NCBI RefSeq assembly: GCF_963921235.1
Contig: NC_086097.1
Location: 174,594,001-174,658,000, forward strand
From: Mobula hypostoma
Taxonomy: Eukaryota
Direction: 5' to 3'
DNA: 64,000 nt
Within the stretch, counting starts at the first letter, position 1, and each line of letters starts with the position of its first letter. This document shows, piece after piece, positions 1-11,797 of this stretch. The translations under genes were made by a program, and so were the position numbers. Below the pieces are notes generated by a model. The model had not been told where the DNA came from and made no database searches. It saw nothing but the letters and a program-made list of their open reading frames with translations.

Positions 1-270
1 GTGGGCATTGACGAGTTGTGCTGACGGGCTTCTTGTTGTACTATGCAAATCTGACTCAATCCAAGTTGTTAGCAAACAACAAGGGTTTCATCACTGATCT
101 TTGGATCGCACTGTCAGTCATAGATTTCCAATCAGAAAAGAAACCACTACCCTCTGCCTCCCATCATGAAGCCAGTTTTGATTCCAGCTCACTACAGATG
201 CATGTGGCTCAATTTTCTCAACCAGCATTGAGGGAACCATATCAGCTACTTTACTGAAGTCCTTATAGAC

Positions 271-350
271 CAGGGGTCCCCAATCTGGGCTCCATGAACC
301 CCTTGCCTAATGGTATTGGCCTATGGCATAGAAGAGGTTGGGAATCCCTA
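271..350. mobile_element. 80-bp hAT (Charlie-type) MITE
   Basis: TIRs CAGGGGTCCCCAA (271) and TTGGGAATCCCTA (ends 350); flanks TTATAGAC / GTTTAGAC match 6/8 as an 8-bp TSD. Confidence 0.7.
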
Positions 351-364
351 GTTTAGACAATGTT

Positions 365-547
365 TACTGCCCTACCTTCATCAGTCTTCTTGTCAACCCG
401 CTCAAAAACTCATTCAAGTTAGAATTTTCACCACACAGAGCCATGTTGACTACCTTTAATCAGCCCCTGCCAGCCCAAAATTCCTATCCCTTAGGATTTC
501 CTCCAGTAATTTCCCTACCAATGATGGAAGGCTCACTGTCCTATAGT
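365..547 (-). mobile_element. decayed CR1 LINE ORF2 fragment
   Basis: similar to the RT N-terminal region of other CR1 copies in the window (YRPVSL / HGF region, cf. 3850-4070). Confidence 0.5.
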
Positions 548-1256
548 AATAACAATAATGAGTTCTGTAGTATAATAATAATGAATTTTAAAAGAATGTT
601 TTAGTTAGTTAAAATTATAATAAACCTACAGCAATAAAAATATCAAGTTTAAAAAGAATGTTTTAATGGCTTTACTGAATTAGTTACAATGCCCTGCCAA
701 ATAACAGTAAGGTTCTCTTTTTAGTGTGTCGCATTATTTGTGATTAAAAAGAAATTTCAGGGTATAACTTGAAATTCAACTATTTGTGCAGTTTATTTCA
801 ACGAAATCTTCTCATAAAGTAGGTGCAATAAGAATTCACTATTTCTGCTTAGTTTTCCATGAAAGCAGAAATGGATGAAAAGAATGAAAGTAAATGCAGT
901 AGAGATGCATTTTCAGATTATAGGATTTCCAAACTGATTTAATTTCATTATTTATCTAGGAATATAATCAAGGCTGTTTGAACAATATTTGGGGTTCTAA
1001 TCAAATTTTTGATACTTCTGCTTCTCTGCTTTATTTGTTTTGCTTTATGCAGTATAGAATGAACTTTAAAAAAGTATAAAATTGTTTTAAAATAGTAGAC
1101 ATTTAAAATCTGAAATAAAAGCAGAAACATTAATGCTGTTCTGCTTTCTATGGATGATGTCTAACCAGCTGAATGTCTGCAACAAATTCTGTTTTATAAT
1201 TATAACCTAGAATGATTCTTAAAACACTTGAAAACAATATGTTTTTATCCTTGTAG

Positions 1257-1432
1257 GGAATGATGCTTCAGAACAATTGCAAAGACCAGCATTTATGGAT
1301 TATTTTGACAAGCAGGAGAAAAGTACTAAGCATCTTGGAAATTGTGACCAAAATCTGCAGGAGCCTTTCCATAAATCAAGAAATCCTTTCCCTGATAACT
1401 GGAAGGTTCCACAAGATGGGGACTTTGATTTT
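1257..1432 (+). CDS. STK3: STK3/MST2 (Hippo kinase) penultimate coding exon, 176 bp, phase 1 to phase 0
   Basis: acceptor ttttatccttgtAG|1257 and donor 1432|GTAAGT; translates NDASEQLQRPAFMDYFDKQEKSTKHLGNCDQNLQEPFHKSRNPFPDNWKVPQDGDFDF, matching the vertebrate STK3 segment QRPSFMDYFDKQ...FPDNWKVPQDGDFDF just before the SARAH domain. Confidence 0.96.
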
Positions 1433-2063
1433 GTAAGTAGAGATTTTTCAATTAGTAATATACATTGTCTCCTTCGCTGACAGGCAACATTTGATGTTGG
1501 TGTCTAATGAGTTTGATCATAAAATATTCTGTTAATATGATGCAAATAAATGAGGCCAAAAATAGCAAATGAATTCATATCACTCAAGCCAGGATGTTGT
1601 TAATACTGTGTGTGGTTTGGCAATTATAGCAGTAAAAAATTGTTGTCTTTAGAATTTTGGTTTTCAAACTAACTTGCTACTGCTTTATTCACATTGCAAT
1701 CTCTTTTAACTTAATTTATAGAGTTTGAGTGCCATGATTAGAGAATTAAATCATGCATATCTCAGGCAACTACTGTATCACTAGAAGGCAAACTAAGTGG
1801 GTCTTAATATTTTTAGCTGCAAATTTCTACATTGTTTTCCAATTATATCAGAACTGGCCTTAAAGTTTCATACAGGAACTGTTCTTTTTGATTAGGAAAG
1901 GTGAGAAAGGGAAACCGGGGAATTGTCAATAGTTAGCCGAAGTTCAGTAACTTTATTTTAAATTACAGATTCTAGTAGGTTTTGTAAAACTACCAGAATC
2001 TGTAATTGGGGATAGAGTTACTGAATTCCTTGAAATCGTTGTTCAAGTTGTCAGAATACTTTT

Positions 2064-2365
2064 TTTTTGCATGTGCGTGCGTCTGTGTGTCTGTGTGCGT
2101 GCGTGTGCAATGTTGGTGGGACAATGTCTTTTTCATGCCTTTACAAGGCACAGAGCGAGAGAGGGAGAGACTGTGTGGCACGCCACTCCTCACGCAGACA
2201 TTTCGCAGTATTTTTCCCTTTATCTTATGAGGTCGAGTTGCGATCTCGACACTCAACCCAGCACGGATGGAAAGCATACTCGTAAGTAGACCCGACTGGG
2301 TTCAAACCTGGAAACCTCCGTTCCAGAGTCCGGCGCTGATGTCATAGCTCCACCAGCCGGCCCAC
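2064..2365 (-). mobile_element. full-length tRNA-derived SINE with RTE-5'UTR-like body and (GCAC/AC)n plus A tail
   Basis: minus strand starts GGGCCGGCTGGTGGAGCTATGA (A-box-like) ... GGTTTGAACCC (B-box-like); 12-bp TSD CAGAATACTTTT at 2052-2063 and 2366-2377. Confidence 0.85.
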
Positions 2366-2439
2366 CAGAATACTTTTCAAGGGGGACGTCGTGCCTGACA
2401 AGCCTGACTATAATTTTTAAAAGGTGGTGGAAAGAGATG

Positions 2440-2715
2440 TTCTTTTTATTCATTCATATGATCTGGGCATTACTGGCAAGGCTGATATTTAATATCCATT
2501 TCTGATTTCCCTTGAAAAGAAGGTACTGAGCTTTCTTGAACCAGTGCCTTGGTTTTAGTGAAGAAACCCTTGGCACTGTTGGACAGAGTTCCAGGAATGT
2601 GACTGCGCAGTGAAGGATCAGCAATATATTTTTAATTTGGATGATGTAACTCAAGAGAGAAACCTGCAGCTGGTATCATCCCCTGCACCAGCTATTGCTG
2701 TCCTTCTAAGTGAGG
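2440..2715 (-). mobile_element. decayed LINE 3' end (shark-type family; another copy at 26150-26280)
   Basis: TTTTATTCATTCA tail and CCCTTGAA...GAGCTTTCTTGAACC, reverse-complement-similar to 26150-26280. Confidence 0.55.
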
Positions 2716-2719
2716 GGTT

Positions 2720-4988
2720 CATGAAGTCATAGAGAAGTACAGCACAGAAACAGGCCCTTCAGCTCATCTGGTCTTTGCTGAAACACTTAAACAGCCTCCT
2801 CCTGTCTACCTGCACTAGGACCATATCCATACCATCCATACCCATACCATCCATGTACCTATCCAAACTTAATTTTAAACATTGAAATCAAGCTTGCATA
2901 CATGACTTGCACTGGCAGCTCATTCCACACTCTCATGACTGAATGAAGAAGTTTCCCTTCGTGTTCCCCTTAAACGTTTCACCTTTCATGAGGTTAACCC
3001 ATGACCTCTAGTTGTAGTCCCACCCAACTTCAATAAAAAAAGCATGCTTGCATTTGCTTACCTACACCCCTTGTAATTTTGTATACCTCTGTCAAATCTT
3101 CCATCATTCTTCTACATTCCAAAGAATAAAGTCCTAACCTATTCAATCTTTTCTTGTAGCTCCGGTCCTGTAAACACACATGTAAATTTTCTCTGTACTC
3201 TTTCAAGCTTATTTTCATCTTTCCTGTAGATAGGTGACCAAATCTGCATGCAATAATTCACATTAGGCTTCTACAACATCTACAACTTCAACATAACATC
3301 TCATCTCCTGTACTCATTAGTTTGATTTATGAAAGCCAATGTGCTGAAAGCTTTGCTTACAATCCTACCTACCTGTGGTGCCACTTTCAATGAATTATGG
3401 TTCTGTCTTCCAAGATCTCTTTGTTCTACCACACTCCTCAGTGTCCTACTCTTCACTGTTTAAGACCTACCCTGCTTGGTCCTACTGAAGTGCAACATCT
3501 TGTACTTGTATGTATTAAATTCCATCTGCCATTTTTCATCCAGCTGGTCCAGATCCTATTGAAAACTGTGATAGTCTTCCTCGTTGTCCGCTACACCCCC
3601 AATCTTGGTGTCATCTGCAAATTTGTTGATCCAGTTAACCACATTATCATCGAGATCATAGATACTGATGACAAACACTACTCCATGTCCCAGTCTCAGT
3701 TCTCCAGCCAGACAGGCAACCACCTGTGACTCTCGCTCCTCACACAAACCAATGTCTAATCCAATTCACTACTTCTTGAATGCTGAGTAACTGAAGCTTC
3801 TTGACCAACCTCCCATGTGGGATCATGTCAAATGCCTTGCTGAAGTCCATGTAGACAACATCCACTGCCTTGCCTTCATCTACTTTTCTGGTAACTTTCT
3901 CGAAAAGCTCCATAAGATTGGTTAGATACGACCTACCACACGCAAAACCATGCTGACTATCCCTAATTAGTCTCTGTCTATCCAAATACTTGTATATCCG
4001 GTCCCTCAGAATATCTTCCAATAATTTTCTCATTACTGTTAACAGGCTAACTAGCCTATAATTTCCAGGTTTAATTTTTCTGTTTTTTAAACAGTGGAAC
4101 AACGTTAGCTGTCCTTCAGTCCTCCAGTACCTCACCTATTGCTATGGATGATTTAATTATCTCTTCTAGGGCCCCTGCAATTCGTGAACTTGCCTCCCCA
4201 CAGGGTCTGAGGGAACACCTTATCATTTCCTGGGGATTTGTTCACCCTAATTTGCCTCAAGACGGCAAACACCTCTTCCTCTGTAATCTGTATTGGGTCC
4301 ATGAGGTCAATGCTGCTTTGCCTCCCTTCCATAGACTTTGTGTCCATCTGCTGAGTAAATACAGATACAAAAAATCCATTTAAGACCTTCCCCATCTCTT
4401 TTGGCTCCACACATAGATTACTATTCTGATCTTCCAGAACAGCAATTTTGCCCCTTGCAATCCCTTTGCTCTTAACATATCTGTTGAATCCCTTAAAATT
4501 CTCCTTTACCCTGTCTGCTAAGGCAACCACATGCCTTCTTTTAGCCCTCCCAATTTCTTTCTTAAGTGTTCTCTTTCATTTCATATACTCCATAAGCACT
4601 TCATTTGTTATGAAGTAGTATATCTGCTATGCACCTCTTTTTATTTCTTAACCAGGGCCTCAATATCTCTTAAAAACTAAGGTTCCCTAAATCGGTAATC
4701 TTGAAAACAGCCTTTCCCCTCTGCACTTGCCAGATCCTTTCTGATACCTTCAAAACTGGCGTTTCTCCAATTTAGAATCTCAGCCTGGGGACCAGACCTA
4801 TCTTTTTCCATTGAAACTAATTGTATGGTGATCACTAGAAGTAAAGTGTTCCCCTGCACAAACAGATATCACCTGGCCTATCTCGTTCCGTAATAGCCGA
4901 TCGAGTCTTGTGCACTCTCTCATTGGGACTTCTACATACTGATGAATGAGACTTTACAGAATACATTTGACAAACTCTATCCCATCTA
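2720..4988 (-). mobile_element. CR1 LINE, 3' part (ORF2 RT and 3' UTR), interrupted by a Penelope element; resumes at 14852
   Basis: ORF fragments PGNYRLVSLL, QHGFACGRS, VYMDFSKAFD, KFADDTK, RLGLYSLE. Confidence 0.9.
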
Positions 4989-6528
4989 CAAACAAGAGAA
5001 AATCTGCAGATGCTGAAAATCCAAGCAATACACTCAAAATGCTGGAGGAACTCAGCAGGCCAGGCAGCATCTATGGAAAAAAGTACAGTCGACGTTTTGG
5101 ACTGAGACCCTTCAGCAGGGCTGGATAAAGAAAGCAGGATCTCCCAGTGGCCACCCATTTTAATTCCACTTCCAATCCCATTCCGATATGTCTATCCATG
5201 GTTTCCTCCAATGTTGTAGTGTGGCCACACTTTGGTTGGAGGAACATGACCTTATATTCCATTTGGGTAGCCTCCAATCTGATGGCATGAACGTCGATTT
5301 CTCGAACTTCCAGTAACTCCCCCCTCCTTCACCATATTCTATCCCCTTTTCCCTCTCTCACCCCATCTCCTTACCCGCCCATTGCTCCCCTCTGGTGCTC
5401 CTCCCCCCTTCTCTTTCTTCCATGACCTCTGTCCTCTTCTGTCAGACTCCTCCTCCTCCTCCAGCTCTGTATCTCTTTCACCAATCAACTTCCCAGCTCT
5501 TTAGTTCATTCCTCCCCCTTCAGCTTTCACCTATTACCTTGTGTTTCTCTCTCCCCTCCCACAACCATTTAAATCTACTCCTCAGCCTTTTTTCTCCATT
5601 CCTGCCAAAGTGTATTGGCCCAAAATGTCGACTGTACTCTTTTCCATGGATGCTGCTTGGCCTGCTGAGTTCCTCCAGCATTTTGTGTGTGTTGTGTGGA
5701 TTTCCAGCATCTGCAGATTTTCTCTTGTTTGTGATTGGATTCCTAGGCTGCCACATCTCTTCCAGAGATATCTACCCTGAAGAAGTTTAAATCTTCCCTT
5801 CGACAGGAATTCAATAAATGCTCCCCCTTTGTGATCTCTGCTGCCCTCCGGCTCTTCCACCACATGCTCACCCAGTTCTGCTACCGGAGACAAGTATCCT
5901 TTCTGGGAACATGTCTTCGCTGCCAGCTTGTTCCACACAGTTTCCAAATTCAATTTCTTTTTTTTTAAATTTTATTTTTATTTGGATAAGGAATTCACAA
6001 GTATCATGTACTTTTTTCACATGTATAACCTTTTCCATTTTTTTATATGTATAAAACTATAATTATTTATACATTCTTAAAGACACATTGAGATGATATA
6101 AAAAGAAATTAGACACTTAAATAGATAATTATGTACAGTGGAAATTCTAATCTATTAGGCTAAGTAATGGTATTAATTATTAAGAAAAATAGTAATAATA
6201 GTGGATTAGTAATAGTTTCCATATATCTCTTCTGGATCATTTCTTCTGGTCCAAAATGTTGTATGTAAGCCTATGTAACAACCATTGTGAGTGTTTATAT
6301 CCTAACTTGTTCATACTTGCTCCTGCCCCCAAACATAATTATCCAATCCCTATGTACTTATTTACTTAATTTTATCATTTTTTATCCCTGACCCAAATCT
6401 TTTCCTTTACTTGTATTAATTCTCTATTTTCCAAAAAAAAACAAAAACAGTAAACATTTAGACTAGGGGTGCTTACGTTAGCAATATTACTGTGTTGATT
6501 AGAAGAGCAGTATAATTCATTAGGAGAG

Positions 6529-9500
6529 TCATCTAAAGTCTGCTCGCATTGGGGTTATATATTCAATCCATTTATTCCAAATTTGATAAAATTTTTCTTT
6601 TTGAATTCTCAGGGAGTAAGTCAACTTTTCCATTTTAAATATTTCCAAGATAATTTCGTACCAATCTTCTAATGTAGGTGGTTTTGGAATTAGCCACTTT
6701 CTAGTGATTGATTTCTTACTTGCCGCTAAAAGGGCCTGCAGCAACGTTATATCTTTCTTCTGTTCAAGAAACAATACATGCCCCAAATAGAACCTCTCAA
6801 AGTTCAGAGGTATCTGGGTCTTAAGTACCTTAACTAATGTTCTATGAATACGTTCCCAATATAGACTTAATTTAGGACAATCCCAGAAAATATGGAAATG
6901 ATTTGCCTCCTTGGAGCCGCACCTTCTCCAACACGTCACGTTTGTATCTTTATATTTTTCCTGATATGGGGTCTTGAAGTATCTTATAATATTTTTCCAA
7001 CAATGTTCTCTCCAAGTCAAAGAATTAGTCGAAGACCACTGAAAGCTGCATATTTTCCCCCAAGCCTCCACTGAATGTACCAACCCCGCTTCTTTCTCCC
7101 ACTTCTCTTTAATATACAATGTGTTTACATTTTTAGCATGGGAGAGTGCATTATATAATCGAGAAACTGATTTACTAGGCATTGAACTGCAAGCCGAATT
7201 AAGAATCTTGAAAAATTCTAATTCTACTGTTGATAGGTCTGTATATCTGCAACTCTGGTTAACATAATTTCATACTTGAAGGTACCTAAAAAAGTCATTG
7301 TGTTCTAGGCCATGTTTGTCCTGCAGGATTTGGAAACTTTGTAATACTCTTTTATGTATAAATGAGAGGTAGGTTGTAAGACCTTTCTTTATCCATAGTT
7401 CAAATCTTTTATCTCCTCTGTTGGGAAGGAATTCGGTATCATATGCACACCATCTCAAGAGTTTTAACATGTTATTAATTCCACGTGAATTAACCACCTT
7501 CTGCCATACTTTTAATGTAAGATTTATCCAACTGTTTTAAAATTTTTCCAATTGGGCCATCAATCCTTTGTCAGCTATTGAGGCCTGTAGAGGAAAACTG
7601 TCAACCAATCCAAATTCTATTTCCTTCCATCTAGCCTTATATTCCCTATTACACCAATATAACAGAGGGGTTATCTGTGAGGCATAAAAATAATTTCTCA
7701 GGCAAGGAAGAACCATACCTCCTCCTTCCTTCCCTAACTGCAAGGTGTTATATCGAATTCTAGGTTTCTTTCCTTGCCAAATGAAGCGGGAAATCCATTT
7801 GTCCCATTCCCTGAATTGATTATCATCCACCTCCACAGGTAAAGTACGGAAAAGATACAGTAACCGAGGAAGAATATTCATTTTTATAGTATTTATCCTT
7901 GAATTTAAACTTAAAAAGGGGATAAGATTCTCATCTATGCATATCTGCTTTTATCTCTGAGATTAATGGCCCATAATTTACCTGTGACAGCGTTGAAAGA
8001 TCCTTCGGCAGGGTTATTCCTAAATATTTTAATGATTTAGCTTCCCACTTAGGATCATATGTATCCTGCAATTTTTTGGATGGTGTATAATTTAGGGACA
8101 TAACCTGCGTTTTCTTTACATTTATTTTATAACCTGATATTTTCCCAAAGTTATCCCAACAGCGTAAACAATCCTGTAAATGATTTTTCTGGTTCACTCA
8201 GATAGACTAAAACATCATCTGCGAATAACGCCACTTTCTGTTCAATCCCTGCCACCTTGATACCTCTTACGATTTCGCTCTGTCTTATTAGTTGGGCAAG
8301 CGGTTCAATATATAGCGCGAAGAGGAGAGGAGAAATTGGGCATCCCTGTCTAGTGCCTCTCTCTAAAATAAAGGAGTCAGAGAGGTCCCCATTTATCTTA
8401 ATTCGAGCTGTAGGGCTGTCATATAGAGTCTGAATTACTTTAATAAACTTTTCCTGAAAGCCGAATCTTCCTAACACTCTGTATAGGAATGCCCAACTAA
8501 CCGAATCAAAAGCTTTCTCAGCGTCTAATCCTACTCCCATTGTCTCTGTCTCGTTCTTATTAACCTGTTCTAATATGTGTAGAGTTCTCCTTATGTTGTC
8601 CTGTGTTTGTCTTTGTTGAATAAATCCAGTCTGGTCTAAATGGATTAGGCCAGGTAAGAGCTTTTCCAATTTGCACGCTATTATGGATGTAAATAGTTTG
8701 TAATCTAAATTAAGAACACTAATTGGCTGATAATTGCCACATTCTAGTTTATCTTTACCCTCTTTAGGAATAACTGAAATAATCGCTTCTCTCCAGGAAG
8801 GTGGAGTTTCTCTTCTCTGCAAAATCCAGTTAAAGGTATTAAGTAGTAATGGGGCTAACTGTGACTTCGGGGATTTGTACCACTCTGAAGTAAACCCATC
8901 TGAACTCGGGGACTTTCCAGCCTTTAACCTAGAGATGGCCACATTCAGTTCTTTGGCAGTTACTGGTTCTAATAGACTTTCATTTTGTAAATCTGTAAGT
9001 TTAGGTAGATCTAAAGAATTCAATAAACTGTCTATACAGGGCTCATTGGAGGCCCGGGGTTGGGAGTACAGCTCTCGATAATATGTTTCAAAACTCTCTT
9101 GAATTTTCCCTATTGTACTCTCCACAAGCTTCATCTTTGGATTCTTTATTTTATGAATTCTATTGTCTGCTTGTTGTTTTTGTAATTTATAAGCTAAAAA
9201 TCTAGCTGATTTACCTCCTACTTCATAATTCTTTTGTCTCAGGTAAAGAAAATTTCTTTGAGTTTCCAATGTATAAATATCGTCAATTTCACTTTGCAAT
9301 TTCCTAATTTCCTGTTTTAAATTTGAATTACTTTTGTTGCTATCTACAACTTGAAGTTGTTTTAATTGTCCTTGAAGGTCTGCTAATTTTTGTGCATTGA
9401 TTTTTTTCATGTGAGTGGTAATGGAAATAATTTTCCCTCTCAGTACAGCTTTCAATGTATCCCATAAGATCACTGGTGATGTTTCTCCCATGTCATTAAG

Positions 9501-10315
9501 GTCTAGGTATTCTTTGATTTCTCCCCTTAATCTCTCCATTACTCTCGGGTTATTGAGTATATTTGAGTTTAGCCTCCTTAGTGTTTTCCTCATTTTCCTT
9601 TCCAGGATTAGAGACATAGAGACTGGGCTATGATCCGACAGATCAATTATTGCAATATTACAGTTTTTTATCCTGAATCTATCTGTATTAAAGATAAAGA
9701 AATAGTCTATTCTTGAATAGGCTGAATGAGGGAAAGAATAATGTGTATAATCTTTACTAGTGGGGTGTAATTCCCTCCACACATCTATAATTCCCAATTC
9801 CTCCATCAATAAATTCATTTTCCGAGTCAGAGGTTTATTCTGAGTGACTATTCTTGAAGAATCTAATATAGGATTTAATCTAATATTAAAATCTCCTCCA
9901 CAAATTACTACCCCTTGAGAACTGACCATTAGGTCAAAAATGTGTCTATAAATGACCATTCACAACCTGGAGGAGCATAAACATTCAGCAATGTTATTTC
10001 TGTACCTTCTATTCTTCCTGTAATTTTTACAAATCTTCCATCTTTGTCTTTAGTCTCTGAAATATGTTCATAATTAAGAGTACTTGATATCAAAGTAGCT
10101 ACCCCTCTTTTGTGGCTCAATTTATATGAATAAAATACATGCTTAAAGCCCATTCTTTGTAATTTTCCATGTTCAGATTGGCTCATATGTGTTTCCTGGA
10201 GGAAAGCTATTTGTGCCCTCTCTTTTTTCAATTTAGACATAATCTTATTTCTTTTAATTGGATTCAAAACCCCATTAACATTATAGGAAATTATTTTTAC
10301 CAATTCAATTTGCAT
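6529..10315 (-). pseudogene. L1 ORF2 (APE endonuclease, RT, CCHC), disrupted
   Basis: SYNVNG, FLQETH, GGDFN, SRIDY, SDHSP, LDAEKAFD, GTRQGCPISP, FADD, CWRRC..HIFWDC; frameshifts near 9950, 8160 and 7932; in-frame stops at 7537-7539 and 7270-7272. Confidence 0.93.
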
Positions 10316-10676
10316 TTTTCTCTCGTAGAAAAAAAAACTCTCCTTTTCTAACCAAACAGTAAGCAATCCCTTCTCAACAGTAAACCAAAATATATAACCA
10401 CACCCTCGACATTTTTGAACGTATAACATTTGAAAATTTTTCCCGACTTCCCACAGTGAGGCCTGAGCATCGACCCGCCTCAGTTCAGAGGGATAACCTC
10501 TATCTTCACCCTGTGTTAGAGGGCCCTCAGCAGTTTGAATAACCATAGAGAATTTTCTCCTATTTATGTCTCGACCATATTGCTATCATTCAAGTTATTC
10601 CGTCTAGTTTATTTTCAGATACCAGCTTTCTTTTTACCTTTAAGTCTGATTTACTCTTTTCAGTCATTTCTCTTAA

Positions 10677-11663
10677 TTAATCTGTATTCTCTGTACATTC
10701 GCGTCTGAATATTTGCAGCTTTTCCTTGTAGTTTGACACTCTGGTTCGTGTGGAGCGTCCTCGCCCCACTAACTGCCACGACTTCTGCCGAATCCTCTCC
10801 AGTAGCGACTCCGATTGGGTGATAACCTTAATAGGTAGTCCCCGGTCCGCCAGGTCCAACGTTGCCTCCTCCACCGTAGTGTAAATTTTTGTCCCTTCGT
10901 CGTAAAAGACTTTCAGCCGAGCTGGATACAGGGTCTGAAATCTGATGTTGTTTTCCTTCAGGACTCTCCGTGTTTCCGCATATTCCTTCCATCTGGCAAG
11001 GATCCCCGGTGCGTAATCATGGTCTAAACTGATTTTACATTTGCTCCACATGAAACCTTTCTTTTGCCATGCCTGTTTAAGCACCTCTTCCTTCGTTCTA
11101 TAACTGAGAAATCTGACCAGAATCGATCTGGGCTGGGCGCCTGCCGGAGGCTGTGGTGCCAACATGCGGTGAGCCCTTTCTATCTGTCGGTCTTTTGCGG
11201 CCGGTATATCAAGGTTCTCTCTAAGCAGCTTCTCCATGAAGGGAATCATCAATCCGGGTTTACCTTCGGTTCCTTCGGGAACTCCGTAGATCCTCACATT
11301 TTCCCTTCTTGAGTGGCCTTCTTGGTCTATTAGTTTCCACTGGAGCTGCTCTTGTAGCTTTAGCATTTCTGCTATCACTTCCTCGGCGTTTTGTAGCTTC
11401 TCTTCAATTCCAACAATCCTCGCTTCGGCTTCATCTATCCGCGAGTTAGTTCTTATTATTTCTCCTTTAATATCTTCCAGCTGTTTGTTGTTATCTTGTC
11501 GGAACTCGCGAATCTCTTCGAGAATCAAAGACAGAGTCACCGATTCCTGCTCATTATCTCCGTCCTGGCTTGCCGTGGGGGAGCTAGGCCCGTCGCTTTG
11601 CTGCGTCTCTTTATGATTATCAGCCTTTGGAGCGGACTTTTTAATCTTGTTCTTAGACATCAT
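10677..11663 (-). CDS. L1 ORF1p (coiled coil, RRM, CTD), 328 aa, uninterrupted
   Basis: motifs RRENVRIYGVPEG, IERAHR, PRSILVRF, YPARLKV; N-terminal heptad region. Confidence 0.92.
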   Translation of the reverse strand: MMSKNKIKKSAPKADNHKETQQSDGPSSPTASQDGDNEQESVTLSLILEEIREFRQDNNKQLEDIKGEIIRTNSRIDEAEARIVGIEEKLQNAEEVIAEMLKLQEQLQWKLIDQEGHSRRENVRIYGVPEGTEGKPGLMIPFMEKLLRENLDIPAAKDRQIERAHRMLAPQPPAGAQPRSILVRFLSYRTKEEVLKQAWQKKGFMWSKCKISLDHDYAPGILARWKEYAETRRVLKENNIRFQTLYPARLKVFYDEGTKIYTTVEEATLDLADRGLPIKVITQSESLLERIRQKSWQLVGRGRSTRTRVSNYKEKLQIFRRECTENTD

Positions 11664-11797
11664 CCTTGCCCCTTTTATTAATATAGTTATGCAATATTAA
11701 GTATTCGTCTAAACTCGATTTTGGGGCAGTTTACCTTCTTTTTGGCCGAGAGACCTTTTCCTTACACCGCCATTCCCTTGATGACCCAGAAGTCCTC
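11664..11797 (-). promoter_or_regulatory. L1 5' UTR / putative internal promoter
   Basis: element starts GAGGACTTCTGG (ETS-like) with YY1-like AATGGCGG (plus strand CCGCCATT 11767-11774). Confidence 0.5.

Larger units (their letters stand above)
5958..11797 (-). mobile_element. full-length L1-clade LINE (~5.8 kb)
   Basis: 14-bp TSD CCAAATTCAATTTC at 5944-5957 and 11798-11811; A-rich tail at 5958-5983; ORF1 and ORF2 present; TTTC/AA endonuclease-type site. Confidence 0.96.

Noticed and set aside
1277..1480. 67-aa ORF as a standalone gene
   Set aside because: It is the STK3 exon read through its GT donor; similarity ends at 1432
1990..2289. several overlapping 72-95-aa ORFs
   Set aside because: Artefacts of the SINE's TG/CG microsatellite tail; no recognisable protein
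2290..2363. tRNA gene
   Set aside because: tRNA-like head of a TSD-flanked SINE; no complete cloverleaf
10442..10530. twister ribozyme in the L1 spacer (UAACACAG...CUGUGGGA resembles twister P2 flanks)
   Set aside because: Lacks the conserved P4/L4 GUnnnAAG module; kept only as an unclassified structure
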